Assembly (NCBI GenBank): GCA_041659945.1
Contig: JBAZXH010000001.1
Span: 28,363 to 52,362, forward strand
Reading direction: 5' to 3'
Length of the DNA: 24,000 nucleotides
From: Candidatus Pacearchaeota archaeon
GTDB taxonomy: Archaea > Nanobdellota > Nanobdellia > Pacearchaeales > GW2011-AR1
Part shown: piece after piece, positions 1-8,439 of the stretch
Layout of the letters: the number at the start of each line of letters is the position of its first letter
Numbering within the stretch: the stretch's first letter is position 1
Program-made: the position numbers and the translations under genes
Notes under the pieces: generated by a model
The model's database searches: none
What the model was told of the DNA's origin: nothing
What the model saw: only the letters and a program-made list of their open reading frames with translations

Positions 1-156
1 AGCTATGGCCATTGGTTGAAATCTTCTTTCTTCAAGTTCTTCTTTATCAATATCAACTAAAAGCGGTGCATCCATTGCAATCTGTAATGCTCTAGCTCCA
101 AGAATTCTTGTTTTTTCGTATTTTGTGAGTTTATCACGAGCTATTGGTTTATCCAT
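1..156 (-). CDS. rpoK: DNA-directed RNA polymerase subunit K (Rpb6 homologue), N-terminal 52 codons; C-terminus lies beyond the window edge
   Basis: Absent from the ORF track because it is truncated. Minus-strand ATG at 154-156. My translation is [52 protein letters not shown]. The LTxYExxRIxGARALQIxMxAP core is the Rpb6/RpoK signature. It follows rrp42 after a 50-nt spacer. Confidence 0.75.
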   Translation of the reverse strand, partial: MDKPIARDKLTKYEKTRILGARALQIAMDAPLLVDIDKEELEERRFQPMAIA

Positions 157-206
157 GTTGGTTATTTTAACTACTGTAATTTAATGAAGTTTAATGCTTT
201 TTAAAC

Positions 207-1070
207 CTATTCTTTTTTGTCTTTAGCTTTCTTTTTTATAGCATCATCGATAAGTTTGTTTATATTTGAGTACAAACCCTTATGTGCTTTTTCAACTAGG
301 TCTAACATTTCGCCAAATTTTTCTGGAGAAACTTGAATAGTATCACCCTTTTGCATGCTACATATCTTTAGGGGATTTGTGGGAATTACTGCAAGGATTA
401 ACCTTCCTTGACTTGCTGCTTCTTCTTCAATTGTTGGATCTAAAAATATAATGCTTCCTGCTTGGTAAATGCTAAAATTTAATGGCATATTTTCAGTTAA
501 AGGCATTTTTTCTTTTGATTCTTTTTCAAAGTCTACTTTTTCTGTTTTTTCATCATAGTAAGGAACTTTTGCTTCTCTCAATGCTGCAAGTGCTCCAATA
601 AATGCTGCATCAAGCAAATTACCGTCATCATTAATGGAGTAAATATCAATGTAAACTGCCCAAACTTTTTTGCCCTCTTCAATACATAATTTTTCAAAGT
701 CAATATAACCTGATTCTCTAATTCCTCTATCAACTAGTCTACCTAGTTCAATGGCTTCAAATTTTGGTGGTCCGTATTCGTATTTTCCGTGGCTCATGGG
801 CAATAATTCTGCTGTAACCATTAAATTTCCTTTATTAAGAGAATCTGGGTAGGGTTCAGTGGTATCCATTTTTACTCCAACCCAAACTTCTGTTTTACCA
901 ATCTTAACTCTAGCACTTCCCTCAGCTTTTTTTGATAGGCCTACTTCTATTGACATTGGTCTAAATTCTTCGGTTTTTCGATGATCAAATCTTTTACCTT
1001 CTGAAAGATATTCCTTTATTCTATCTGCTGTTAAGTTTGATGTTTCTATCATTTTATTCGTCTCCTCCAT
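207..1070 (-). CDS. rrp42: Exosome complex component Rrp42 (RNase PH-like, non-catalytic)
   Basis: RNase PH-fold motifs: AEGSARVKIGKTEVWVGVK, YGPPKFEAIELGRLVDRGIRES, DDGNLLDAAFIGALAAL. Sits directly after rrp41 as in the conserved archaeal operon. An alternative start is the ATG at 1052 (M7). That start lies 1 nt after the rrp41 stop, with GGAGGAG 9 nt upstream. Confidence 0.9.
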   Translation of the reverse strand: MEETNKMIETSNLTADRIKEYLSEGKRFDHRKTEEFRPMSIEVGLSKKAEGSARVKIGKTEVWVGVKMDTTEPYPDSLNKGNLMVTAELLPMSHGKYEYGPPKFEAIELGRLVDRGIRESGYIDFEKLCIEEGKKVWAVYIDIYSINDDGNLLDAAFIGALAALREAKVPYYDEKTEKVDFEKESKEKMPLTENMPLNFSIYQAGSIIFLDPTIEEEAASQGRLILAVIPTNPLKICSMQKGDTIQVSPEKFGEMLDLVEKAHKGLYSNINKLIDDAIKKKAKDKKE

Positions 1071-1767
1071 TATTTCTTACATCCTTAAGTGCTTGTTTTT
1101 GAGCTTCGTAAATTTTCTTGCATGCTTCACGACCAAATTTAATTGCTTCTTTAAGTTCCTTTGTTGAAATTTTTCCATCAAGTTGAATGTGTGTGATTCT
1201 TCCAGAATGATTTAGGAAAGACATTGCCATATCTGTAGCTCCTTCTCCTTCTTCATAATCTTCTTCTGCTTTATTAACATCAACAACTAGTTGCTTGTCC
1301 ATTTTTCCGATTGAAACACTTGTTATAAGATCTTTCATTGGGATTCCAGCGTGTGCTAGTGCAAGAGATGCTGCATTAATTCCTGCACATCTTGTTGATG
1401 CATCAGCCTGAGGAATTGCAATGTGAACATCAACAACTGTATTTGGAAATTCATCAATTAGTATTGCTGGATTTAGAGCCCATTCACTAACTTTACTAAT
1501 TTCTGTACTTCTTTTATTTGGGCCTGGTCTGATTCTATCACTTACTGAAAAACTCAGCATGCTGTAATTGCATCTTAAAATTCCTTTTTCTGGATTTTGA
1601 AGGTGTTGAGGATGTAGTTGTTTTGGTCCGTAAACTGCTGCATATGCTACGGTATCACCAAATGAGAACATTGCACTTCCATCAGCATTTGGAATAACTC
1701 CAACTTTTGCAGTTATTTTTCTTGGTTCATCAAATTTTCTTCCATCTAATCTTTTTGTGTATGCCAT
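1054..1767 (-). CDS. rrp41: Exosome complex exonuclease Rrp41 (RNase PH-like, catalytic subunit)
   Basis: Motifs RLDGRKFDEPRKI, ADGSAMFSFGDT, AAVYGPK, RPGPNKRSTEISKV, PQADASTRCAGINAASLALAHAGIPM match archaeal Rrp41. The track start at 1782 is a TTG. I prefer the ATG at 1767 (MAYTKRLDGR), which lies 1 nt after the upstream ORF's stop. Confidence 0.9.
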   Translation of the reverse strand: MAYTKRLDGRKFDEPRKITAKVGVIPNADGSAMFSFGDTVAYAAVYGPKQLHPQHLQNPEKGILRCNYSMLSFSVSDRIRPGPNKRSTEISKVSEWALNPAILIDEFPNTVVDVHIAIPQADASTRCAGINAASLALAHAGIPMKDLITSVSIGKMDKQLVVDVNKAEEDYEEGEGATDMAMSFLNHSGRITHIQLDGKISTKELKEAIKFGREACKKIYEAQKQALKDVRNNGGDE

Positions 1768-1768
1768 T

Positions 1769-2020
1769 TTATTTATATCCAATCTTTATTGTTAGTGTTA
1801 ATTCAACTAAAGTTGATTGACTATCACGTAATCCTTCTTCTTGTAACCTAGCTTGTTCTTTAACAAACTCTCTGTATGTTTCAATATCTCCAACGCATTT
1901 AGGCATTCCTGTACAATCAAGAGGATGTTCAATTACTTGAGTTAATTGGCCATTAGTTACTTCTGTTCTTACAACATATTTAAGTTCTTTTAAATCCTTA
2001 TCTTTATATTCATCAGCCAT
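1769..2020 (-). CDS. Hypothetical 83-aa protein inserted between rrp4 and rrp41
   Basis: Non-repetitive ORF. Its ATG lies 1 nt after the rrp4 stop and its stop lies 1 nt before the rrp41 ATG. No family recognised. Confidence 0.6.
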   Translation of the reverse strand: MADEYKDKDLKELKYVVRTEVTNGQLTQVIEHPLDCTGMPKCVGDIETYREFVKEQARLQEEGLRDSQSTLVELTLTIKIGYK

Positions 2021-2021
2021 T

Positions 2022-2717
2022 TTATCCTTTCATCTCCTGTTTTTCTTTGTCTAAAAATTCTTTAACTTTATCTGTTAAACCAGTTACAAATGACCTATCA
2101 GTAACAAAACCTATTGCTTTTTTTGCAAAAAGTTCATCATCAACGCTTTCTCCTTTTATCCAAACAATACCATTTTGTCCAATAGTCACTTTACAATTTG
2201 TTTCATCTTTAATAAGTTTAATCATGCTTCCTTCTTTACCAATAACTCTTGGAACCTTATTAGGGTTTATAAAAATGATCATTCCTTTTTCTAGCTTTCC
2301 AAGACCTTTTCCATCAAGTGTAAGATCAATTCCTTTTTGTTTTACAGAAGATATCTTTGCTATGAAAAAATCTCCAATATCTAAAAATTCTCCGAGATTC
2401 TTTTTATCAACAAATCTTGGTACTTCCATAACCGGAAGAAATGATGAGTAAGGGGCATTAATATCTGTCATCCAACCATTAAAGCTTATATCTGTAACCT
2501 GGCCAATTATAACATTTCCCCATCTAGGAATAAATACTCCTGAAAGTGGAATAACTTTTACAAGTTTTCCTGAATTTTCAACTATCCCATATCTTTCTGC
2601 AACTATTTCATCTCCATCTCGCTTTGTTCCTTCTCCAGGAAGATATTCTTGTCCTGATACAATTGTTTCTCCAGGTACAACGATTTGCCTTCCTTCTTCG
2701 CTTTCTTCTTTTGTCAT
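2022..2717 (-). CDS. rrp4: Exosome complex RNA-binding cap subunit Rrp4 (N-terminal domain + S1 + KH)
   Basis: VVPGETI N-terminal segment, an S1-like IPRWGNVIIGQVTDISFNGWMTDI, and a KH GXXG motif in VPRVIGKEGSMIKLIKDETNCKVTIGQNGIVWI. Conserved operon position. Confidence 0.9.
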   Translation of the reverse strand: MTKEESEEGRQIVVPGETIVSGQEYLPGEGTKRDGDEIVAERYGIVENSGKLVKVIPLSGVFIPRWGNVIIGQVTDISFNGWMTDINAPYSSFLPVMEVPRFVDKKNLGEFLDIGDFFIAKISSVKQKGIDLTLDGKGLGKLEKGMIIFINPNKVPRVIGKEGSMIKLIKDETNCKVTIGQNGIVWIKGESVDDELFAKKAIGFVTDRSFVTGLTDKVKEFLDKEKQEMKG

Positions 2718-2718
2718 T

Positions 2719-3045
2719 TTAATTTCCAGCTATTCTCCTTTTTGCAAATCCTCTTAAAAAAGTTACTGCATTACTTAACTCATCAAATTGATCTACTTCT
2801 CTTCTAATTTGAGTTTGAAATTCTTTAGCTTCTCCTCTACTAATATTTTCTCTAAGCTCTTGATAATAAGTCATAAGATTCCCAAGTTCAATAAAACGAA
2901 CTAGGTTAGGATTTCTTAGAAAAATAGCATACCCTTCATCATATTCGCTGTTGCCCATTAATCTTTTAAACTCTTCACAAGATGCTTTATCTTCTTCATA
3001 AGCTCTCTCATCAGTATATATTATTTTATCTAATGGGTCTGTCAT
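2719..3045 (-). CDS. Hypothetical 108-aa, predicted helical protein inserted between SBDS and rrp4
   Basis: ORF with 2-nt and 1-nt spacers to its neighbours and AAGGAAAA 8-13 nt upstream of its ATG. No family recognised. Confidence 0.6.
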   Translation of the reverse strand: MTDPLDKIIYTDERAYEEDKASCEEFKRLMGNSEYDEGYAIFLRNPNLVRFIELGNLMTYYQELRENISRGEAKEFQTQIRREVDQFDELSNAVTFLRGFAKRRIAGN

Positions 3046-3047
3046 TT

Positions 3048-3728
3048 TTATTTTTCCTTAATCTCTTCAGCTATTGCTGAACCGTGAGTCATTGAATTTA
3101 GTTTATCATAAAATTCCATTTGAAATCCTACAGGAATATTAAGCCTGCATTTTAAGTCTCCGTTAGACATCCATTCTTCTGATTCTTTATAAATCTGTAG
3201 TAAACCATATATCTGTCCGGTATAGGCAACTGGGATTGTAACCAAAATCTTTTTTGTTTCAATTTTTATTGGAATAATTAATCTTAGTTTATCAACAATT
3301 TCGGGTATTTGTGCTTCAACTGGTTTATTTGTTATGTTAGCTCCTGCTTCATCAAGAGATCTTTCGATTCTTTCTGGAGTGTAGGGTCTATTTGTTCGGG
3401 GATCAACTGCATTTCTAACTAAAAAGTCAACTATTTGTTTGAATTTTCCTTCTCTTTGCTTTTCTTTGTATTCGGCAGGAACTTGAACTTCTCCATTTTT
3501 AACAATCTTTGCAGCAATTTCATTAATATCTTCTGTTTTAAATGCATCCATTAAATCTTTTTGGGTTGGTTTAAGACCTTTTTTTGAATCTGTAAAAATA
3601 AAATCTGTTTCTAAAACACCTTGGATGTCTCCTTGGCCAGAGCGTTTAAATTCTAAAGCTTTATCTAAATCAACTAAGATTTCAAAATTTTTTCCATTGG
3701 TCTTAATTCTAGCTATAACATCAGTCAT
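3048..3728 (-). CDS. SBDS/Sdo1-family ribosome maturation protein
   Basis: The N-terminus VIARIKTNGKNFEILVDLDKALEFKRSG is typical of SBDS. About 226 aa, and sits between psmA and rrp4 as in the archaeal superoperon. Confidence 0.85.
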   Translation of the reverse strand: MTDVIARIKTNGKNFEILVDLDKALEFKRSGQGDIQGVLETDFIFTDSKKGLKPTQKDLMDAFKTEDINEIAAKIVKNGEVQVPAEYKEKQREGKFKQIVDFLVRNAVDPRTNRPYTPERIERSLDEAGANITNKPVEAQIPEIVDKLRLIIPIKIETKKILVTIPVAYTGQIYGLLQIYKESEEWMSNGDLKCRLNIPVGFQMEFYDKLNSMTHGSAIAEEIKEK

Positions 3729-3737
3729 TTTATTTTA

Positions 3738-4466
3738 TTAACTCTGGATAATTTTTCTTAAAGAAGTCTCATCAAGTTTAGTTACTTTTTTTTCTTCTTT
3801 GTCAACATAAGCAACATCAAATCTACTTAATTCAAAATTCTTTCCAAGAATCTCCTTAAATATATCTAAAGCAAGTTTAATTCCTCCGTTAATATTTGGC
3901 ATTTTTTCTAGTTTCATTCTAAGTATTTCTTTTATTTTTTCGTCATTTTCTCCAATTGACATTGCTTTATATGAAAAATAATTTCCAGTAATATCTGAAG
4001 AAAATATTTTTGGAGTTTCTCTGTCAATTCCAGCAACTAAAATAGCGACGCCAAAAGGTCTTGCTCCTCCATATTGAGTATAAAGTTGTTTTGTATTTGC
4101 AATTTCTCTTATTATTTCTTCGACTTCAACTGGAGAATCATAGGTAACTCTATTTTGTTGAGCAATAACTCTTGATTTTTCAATTAGTACTCTTGCATCA
4201 CTTAAAATTCCTGCTGCACTTGCAATTATGTGAGAATCAATTTCATAAATTTTGCTTGCAGAGTCTGGTAAAATTAATTTATCATTAACTCTTCTATCTG
4301 CAACTATTATCACTCCGTCTGTGCAAACAATTCCTATACTTGAGCTACCAAGGCGAACGGTTTTTTCTGCATATTCTACCTGAAGTAAATGTCCATCAGG
4401 TGAAAACATTGTTGCAGCACGGTCGTAACCCATTGCTTGATGCTGTATTTCACTTGGCATATCCAT
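3738..4466 (-). CDS. psmA: Proteasome subunit alpha
   Basis: MGYDRAATMFSPDGHLLQVEYAEK is the alpha-subunit N-terminal signature. Also GARPFGVAILVAG. Confidence 0.92.
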   Translation of the reverse strand: MDMPSEIQHQAMGYDRAATMFSPDGHLLQVEYAEKTVRLGSSSIGIVCTDGVIIVADRRVNDKLILPDSASKIYEIDSHIIASAAGILSDARVLIEKSRVIAQQNRVTYDSPVEVEEIIREIANTKQLYTQYGGARPFGVAILVAGIDRETPKIFSSDITGNYFSYKAMSIGENDEKIKEILRMKLEKMPNINGGIKLALDIFKEILGKNFELSRFDVAYVDKEEKKVTKLDETSLRKIIQS

Positions 4467-4620
4467 TTTGTTTTTCCTCTTTGCCCATTCAGGGCGTATA
4501 AACTTAGAAAGTTAATAATATATATCTACTTACTTTCTCTACCGTTTTTTAAAGGAAGCAAGGGTTTAAAAAGTTTTTGATGGAGAAATCTGCAAAACTT
4601 TTGGTGATTTTTACGAATTA

Positions 4621-4851
4621 TTATGACAATCTTTCAACTAAATCTAATCCTGTGAATCCTGCACAATTAGTCCCATCAGGTTGCCATCTTGTAATAGGAT
4701 TATTTACTCCCTCTACTTCTCCAGCATAATAATTATCTGGATGAACTTTGTCAAACTCTCTAAAGTCTATGTGATTTCCAACTAACGCTTCGCGTCCATC
4801 TCTTGTTCTGTATCTTGCTCCTTCTTCTAGTTCTTGTGTCATTTTAATCAA
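4621..4851 (-). CDS. Hypothetical 76-aa protein (Arg-rich, 7 R / 2 K) between pop5 and psmA
   Basis: ORF with a TATA-like box 20-26 nt upstream of its ATG. No family recognised. Confidence 0.5.
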   Translation of the reverse strand: MIKMTQELEEGARYRTRDGREALVGNHIDFREFDKVHPDNYYAGEVEGVNNPITRWQPDGTNCAGFTGLDLVERLS

Positions 4852-4867
4852 GAAATCGATATTAACT

Positions 4868-4879
4868 GGGTTTAAAAGG
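4868..4879 (-). promoter_or_regulatory. TATA-like box (minus sense CCTTTTAAACCC) for the 76-aa ORF; implies a leaderless or near-leaderless mRNA
   Basis: The TTTAAAA core at 4871-4877 is 20-26 nt upstream of the ATG at 4851. This spacing recurs at many genes in this window. Confidence 0.3.
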
Positions 4880-4883
4880 CTTT

Positions 4884-5171
4884 TTATGACTTTGTCTTTT
4901 CTCTCAATTTCTTCAAGGTCCCGCTAACTCTGACGACTTCTATGCTTTTGCCAGAATTCACTAAAATAAAACTCCCTCTAACCTGATTGACATACTCACG
5001 ATTAACTGCTAGAATATTATTGGTTATCCAAACTGGTGCAGCTTTTGCATAACCTAAAACACCAATAAACTTTAAAATAGCTTCTTCAACATCTTTTTTA
5101 GTGAAGTTGCCTTTGAGTAAAAGATATCTTTTGTTTTCTTTCATGCTAGGTTTTAGGGGTTTTAGGGGCAT
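4884..5171 (-). CDS. rnp2: RNase P protein component 2 (Pop5 homologue)
   Basis: LKPSMKENKRYLLL near the N-terminus and VRVSGTLKKL near the C-terminus match archaeal Pop5. Lies upstream of psmA as in the conserved superoperon. Confidence 0.7.
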   Translation of the reverse strand: MPLKPLKPSMKENKRYLLLKGNFTKKDVEEAILKFIGVLGYAKAAPVWITNNILAVNREYVNQVRGSFILVNSGKSIEVVRVSGTLKKLREKTKS

Positions 5172-5278
5172 AGATTAACAAAGAAAAAAGGATAATTAAA
5201 ACTTTTGTTTTTTAATTATTCTGTATAACATAAATCTATTTAAAGAAATCATATCTAAAATTTAATAGGTTAAATAAA

Positions 5279-5548
5279 ATGGCAGGCATTAGAATATCAG
5301 GAAGGGCGAGATTAAGAGAGGATTTTAGCAACCCTAAGAATGTTCGGTATTATGCAGTCTTAGATGTCTATGCAGATGAAGAAAGACAAGCAAGTATGCC
5401 TACACCTAACTTTATTGTTGAAGTACTCCTAGCCAAAAGTACTTATGATAAGTTAAGAAAAGATTTAGAAGAATCACAAGCTCAAAGCCCAGTTTTGCGT
5501 CTTAAAGGAGAATTAGAAATAGTTTTAGATTCTGAAAGCTTTGCTTAA
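5279..5548 (+). CDS. Hypothetical 89-aa soluble protein (8 R / 5 K)
   Basis: ORF preceded by an AT-rich, TATA-like stretch. No family recognised. Confidence 0.5.
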   Translation: MAGIRISGRARLREDFSNPKNVRYYAVLDVYADEERQASMPTPNFIVEVLLAKSTYDKLRKDLEESQAQSPVLRLKGELEIVLDSESFA

Positions 5549-5611
5549 GAAATAATTAAATGTTTTGAATTTTATACATAATTATTTAAAATCGCTTTTT
5601 TTGATTGAAAA

Positions 5612-5893
5612 ATGAAATTAAGCAAGATCCAAAACATTAGAAGAAATATTGCTTGTGTTGTTTTAGGAACTTCTGCATTATTTTTTGTTGTAGGTAATGA
5701 AGTTAGAGGTCTTGACCAACCAAATTATTCAGAAGTTAGAATTGACTATGAAGCAACATGGATGTTAAGAGAGCAACTAAAAGGAAATATGAAGGGAGAT
5801 TTTGTTATTCCAGAAAATAAGAGATATATTCCTGGGCTAAGAAACCCAGTTTTTTGTCATGAAAAGTATAGAGAGATTACTTCGTTTACATAA
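5612..5893 (+). CDS. Hypothetical 93-aa protein with an N-terminal membrane anchor
   Basis: Hydrophobic segment IACVVLGTSALFFVVG after a basic N-terminus. AATTATTTAAAA lies about 30 nt upstream. Confidence 0.5.
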   Translation: MKLSKIQNIRRNIACVVLGTSALFFVVGNEVRGLDQPNYSEVRIDYEATWMLREQLKGNMKGDFVIPENKRYIPGLRNPVFCHEKYREITSFT

Positions 5894-5989
5894 TTTTTCT
5901 AAAATTCCAGATCTAATTATTCCTACTAAAGTTTTATAAACCCGTTTATGATTCCTAACTAATTTTAAAACATATAAATTTTAAATTCA

Positions 5990-6301
5990 ATGAACTCATC
6001 AAAATTAAAAACTTCGTTAGCATTATTATCTTTAGTGATAGCTGGAGAATTAAGTTATGATGTTGGTTTAATATGGGATAATTATCGTGCTGCTAAAACT
6101 ACCGTTACAAGCACTGAAGCAAGAACTGAAAATTTTAGTCCGCTGGAAAAAATGCCTCAAAGTCAAATGTATGATACTTGGCAAGAGAGGGATAAAATTT
6201 TACCGGGACCATATGACCAACCGCAGGATAACAATTTAATGAAGGCGCCATATAGAGTTATAAAACTTGCTCCTGACAAGATAAATGAATTTAGAACTTA
6301 A
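5990..6301 (+). CDS. Hypothetical 103-aa protein with an N-terminal signal or anchor
   Basis: KTSLALLSLVIAG hydrophobic N-terminus followed by a P/Q/D-rich remainder. TATA-like TTTTAAAACATATAAA lies upstream. Confidence 0.5.
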   Translation: MNSSKLKTSLALLSLVIAGELSYDVGLIWDNYRAAKTTVTSTEARTENFSPLEKMPQSQMYDTWQERDKILPGPYDQPQDNNLMKAPYRVIKLAPDKINEFRT

Positions 6302-6348
6302 AAAAGTAATATAATAATCTTTTTAAACAATTAAGTTGAGTAATAATT

Positions 6349-6993
6349 ATGGATAATAAAACCAGACAACCTATATGGGAATTTGATAGAGGGTGGAGTT
6401 CATCTGCACCATGGGGAGATTATTGCTATGAAGTAGCTAGATCGATAGGACCTCAAAAAAGTAGTAGAGGATTTGAGTGGGGTGTCAATCCAGGAGAACT
6501 AATTCTTTTGGTGGAGCCAAGACCAATGCAATGGTATGGTTTACCATATCCGGTTGTTGCTGAGTTTTCAAGGCTAGAAGAATCAGATTATGATTTGTCT
6601 AAAGGAGTTGGTCCATTTTCACGTCCAAAAAACCACGAAGAAGATGAAGTACTTATTTCATTAGGAGCAAGTTATAGAGCAGTGGAATCAGCTTGGCTGG
6701 TTGCAAAAGAGGCTTTTTTTATTAAGCCTGCAAAAGAAATGGGAGGTATTAAGTTACCTAATTTTGAGTTTTTAAGAAAGGGAAGAAATTTTAATCATTT
6801 CGGAGCTAAGAGTCCGTATGGTTGGGCTAATGGAGATTTAAATCATTATAATTTAACAAGAGAGCATGCAGTGATTGTTTCGGGCGATGAATTAGTGACT
6901 GCCCTTAGAGATATTGGAGATACAGAAAGTCTAATCAAACTTTTAGAAAAAACGAAAAGAGGACATAAGATTAATTTAGCTGCTTTATCTTGA
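6349..6993 (+). CDS. Hypothetical 214-aa soluble Trp-rich protein
   Basis: Clean ORF with 7 Trp. TCTTTTTAAACAA lies about 20-30 nt upstream. No family recognised. Confidence 0.6.
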   Translation: MDNKTRQPIWEFDRGWSSSAPWGDYCYEVARSIGPQKSSRGFEWGVNPGELILLVEPRPMQWYGLPYPVVAEFSRLEESDYDLSKGVGPFSRPKNHEEDEVLISLGASYRAVESAWLVAKEAFFIKPAKEMGGIKLPNFEFLRKGRNFNHFGAKSPYGWANGDLNHYNLTREHAVIVSGDELVTALRDIGDTESLIKLLEKTKRGHKINLAALS

Positions 6994-7100
6994 TAAGAAA
7001 TTATAAATATAAGTATTTCTGTATAAAAATATGAGAGTTTTATCTGCAAAGTTATTTAAACCACTATTTATTACCTATTATATAAAAAGAGAAATTAAAA

Positions 7101-8438
7101 ATGTTTAGAGTATACACAGTTGGAGGGTACAATGAAGTTGGCCGTAATATGACGGTTATCGAATATAAAGAGGATGCTTTTATTTTTGATTTGGGCTTTT
7201 ATTTACCTGCAGTAATTGATCTACAGGAAACAGATAAAAATCCAACATATCAATCATTAAAAAGTATAGGTGCTCTACCGGATGACACTTATCTTGAGAA
7301 AATAAGACATAAAGTGAAGGCTATTTTCATAGGGCATGCACATTTGGATCATGTGGGTGCAGTACAATATGTTTCTGATAAGTACCCTAATGCTGAAATT
7401 TTAGGTACTCCGTTTACAATAGAAGTGCTAAAAACACTTATGCAAGATACTAGAATAACAATAAGAAACAAGATAATTACAGTTCAACCAAATAATTCCT
7501 ATGTTGTTAAGGGAAAGAGTGGAAACTATGAAGTTGACTTCATTAATGTGACTCACTCGACAATTCAAACTGCAATATTAGGTTTACATCTACCTGAAGG
7601 AGTTATTGTATATGCTAATGACTATAAACTTGATGATAACCCTACTCTTGGACTTCCTCCGAATTATTCTAAACTAAGAGAACTTTCTAACAAGGGAGTA
7701 AAATTACTAATAGTTGATGCTCTATATTCTGGGAGTGAAAGAAAGACGCATAGTGAAAAAATTGCTAGAGCAATGGTTGAGGAAGTTATGTTAACAATAG
7801 ATCATGATAACAAGGGAATTATAATAACAACTTTCTCATCACATATAGCTAGACTAAAGAGCATAGTAGAATTTAGTAAAAAATTAAATAGAAAACCAGT
7901 TTTTGTTGGAAGAAGTTTAACAAAATATGTTAGTGCTGCTAAAAAAATAAAAATGTGTCCTTTTGAAAATGATATAGACATGGCAAGTTATCAAAATCAA
8001 GTTAAAACAAAACTAAAGATAGTTAATAAAAATAGAAAAGATTATGTTTTGGTTTGTACCGGACATCAGGGAGAGCCAGGATCAATACTTGATCGAATAG
8101 CGGGTAAGAAATTGCCATTTATGTTTCAACCTCAGGATAGTTTGATTTTTTCCTCAAAGGTTATACCTTCACCAATAAATATATCAAATCGTGCTACTAT
8201 GGAAAAGAAAATAAGAAGTTCAGATGTAAGAATTTTTGATGATGTTCATGTTTCAGGACATGGTGGAAGAGAAGACCTTAGAGATATGATAAATTTATTA
8301 AAACCAAAGTACATAATACCTTCACATGGGAGTTTAGATCAGCTAACTCCTGCGGTAGAACTAGCAAAAGAGATGGGTTATCAATTTGGAAAAACATGCC
8401 ATTTATGCCAAAATGGGGGAATGTTAGAATTAAACTAA
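7101..8438 (+). CDS. rnj: Archaeal RNase J (metallo-beta-lactamase / beta-CASP ribonuclease)
   Basis: GGYNEVGRNMTVIE N-terminus, the HxHxDH motif in IGHAHLDHVG, and HVSGHGGREDL near the C-terminus. The roughly 445-aa length fits aRNase J better than aCPSF1, which is longer and carries KH domains. Confidence 0.75.
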   Translation: MFRVYTVGGYNEVGRNMTVIEYKEDAFIFDLGFYLPAVIDLQETDKNPTYQSLKSIGALPDDTYLEKIRHKVKAIFIGHAHLDHVGAVQYVSDKYPNAEILGTPFTIEVLKTLMQDTRITIRNKIITVQPNNSYVVKGKSGNYEVDFINVTHSTIQTAILGLHLPEGVIVYANDYKLDDNPTLGLPPNYSKLRELSNKGVKLLIVDALYSGSERKTHSEKIARAMVEEVMLTIDHDNKGIIITTFSSHIARLKSIVEFSKKLNRKPVFVGRSLTKYVSAAKKIKMCPFENDIDMASYQNQVKTKLKIVNKNRKDYVLVCTGHQGEPGSILDRIAGKKLPFMFQPQDSLIFSSKVIPSPINISNRATMEKKIRSSDVRIFDDVHVSGHGGREDLRDMINLLKPKYIIPSHGSLDQLTPAVELAKEMGYQFGKTCHLCQNGGMLELN

Positions 8439-8439
8439 A

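Noticed and set aside
1768-1782. Track start of rrp41 at 1782
   Set aside because: That codon is TTG and would overlap the 83-aa ORF by 14 nt. The ATG at 1767 gives the canonical N-terminus and the recurring stop-N-ATG spacing.
2047-2451. 134-aa plus-strand ORF inside rrp4
   Set aside because: It is antisense to a confidently identified gene, has an S/F/L/P-rich low-complexity translation, and has no start context.
5192-5219. 10-bp inverted repeat ATAATTAAAA / TTTTAATTAT between pop5 and the 89-aa ORF
   Set aside because: It is composed only of A and T within a divergent promoter region. Such symmetry is expected by chance from overlapping TATA-like sequence.
6846-7049. Other short track ORFs: 6846..7049, 9051..9233, 15502..15684, 17829..18020, 20058..20246, 21496..21717 and 22324..22524
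   Set aside because: Each lies antisense within a longer, better-supported CDS and shows no independent signal.
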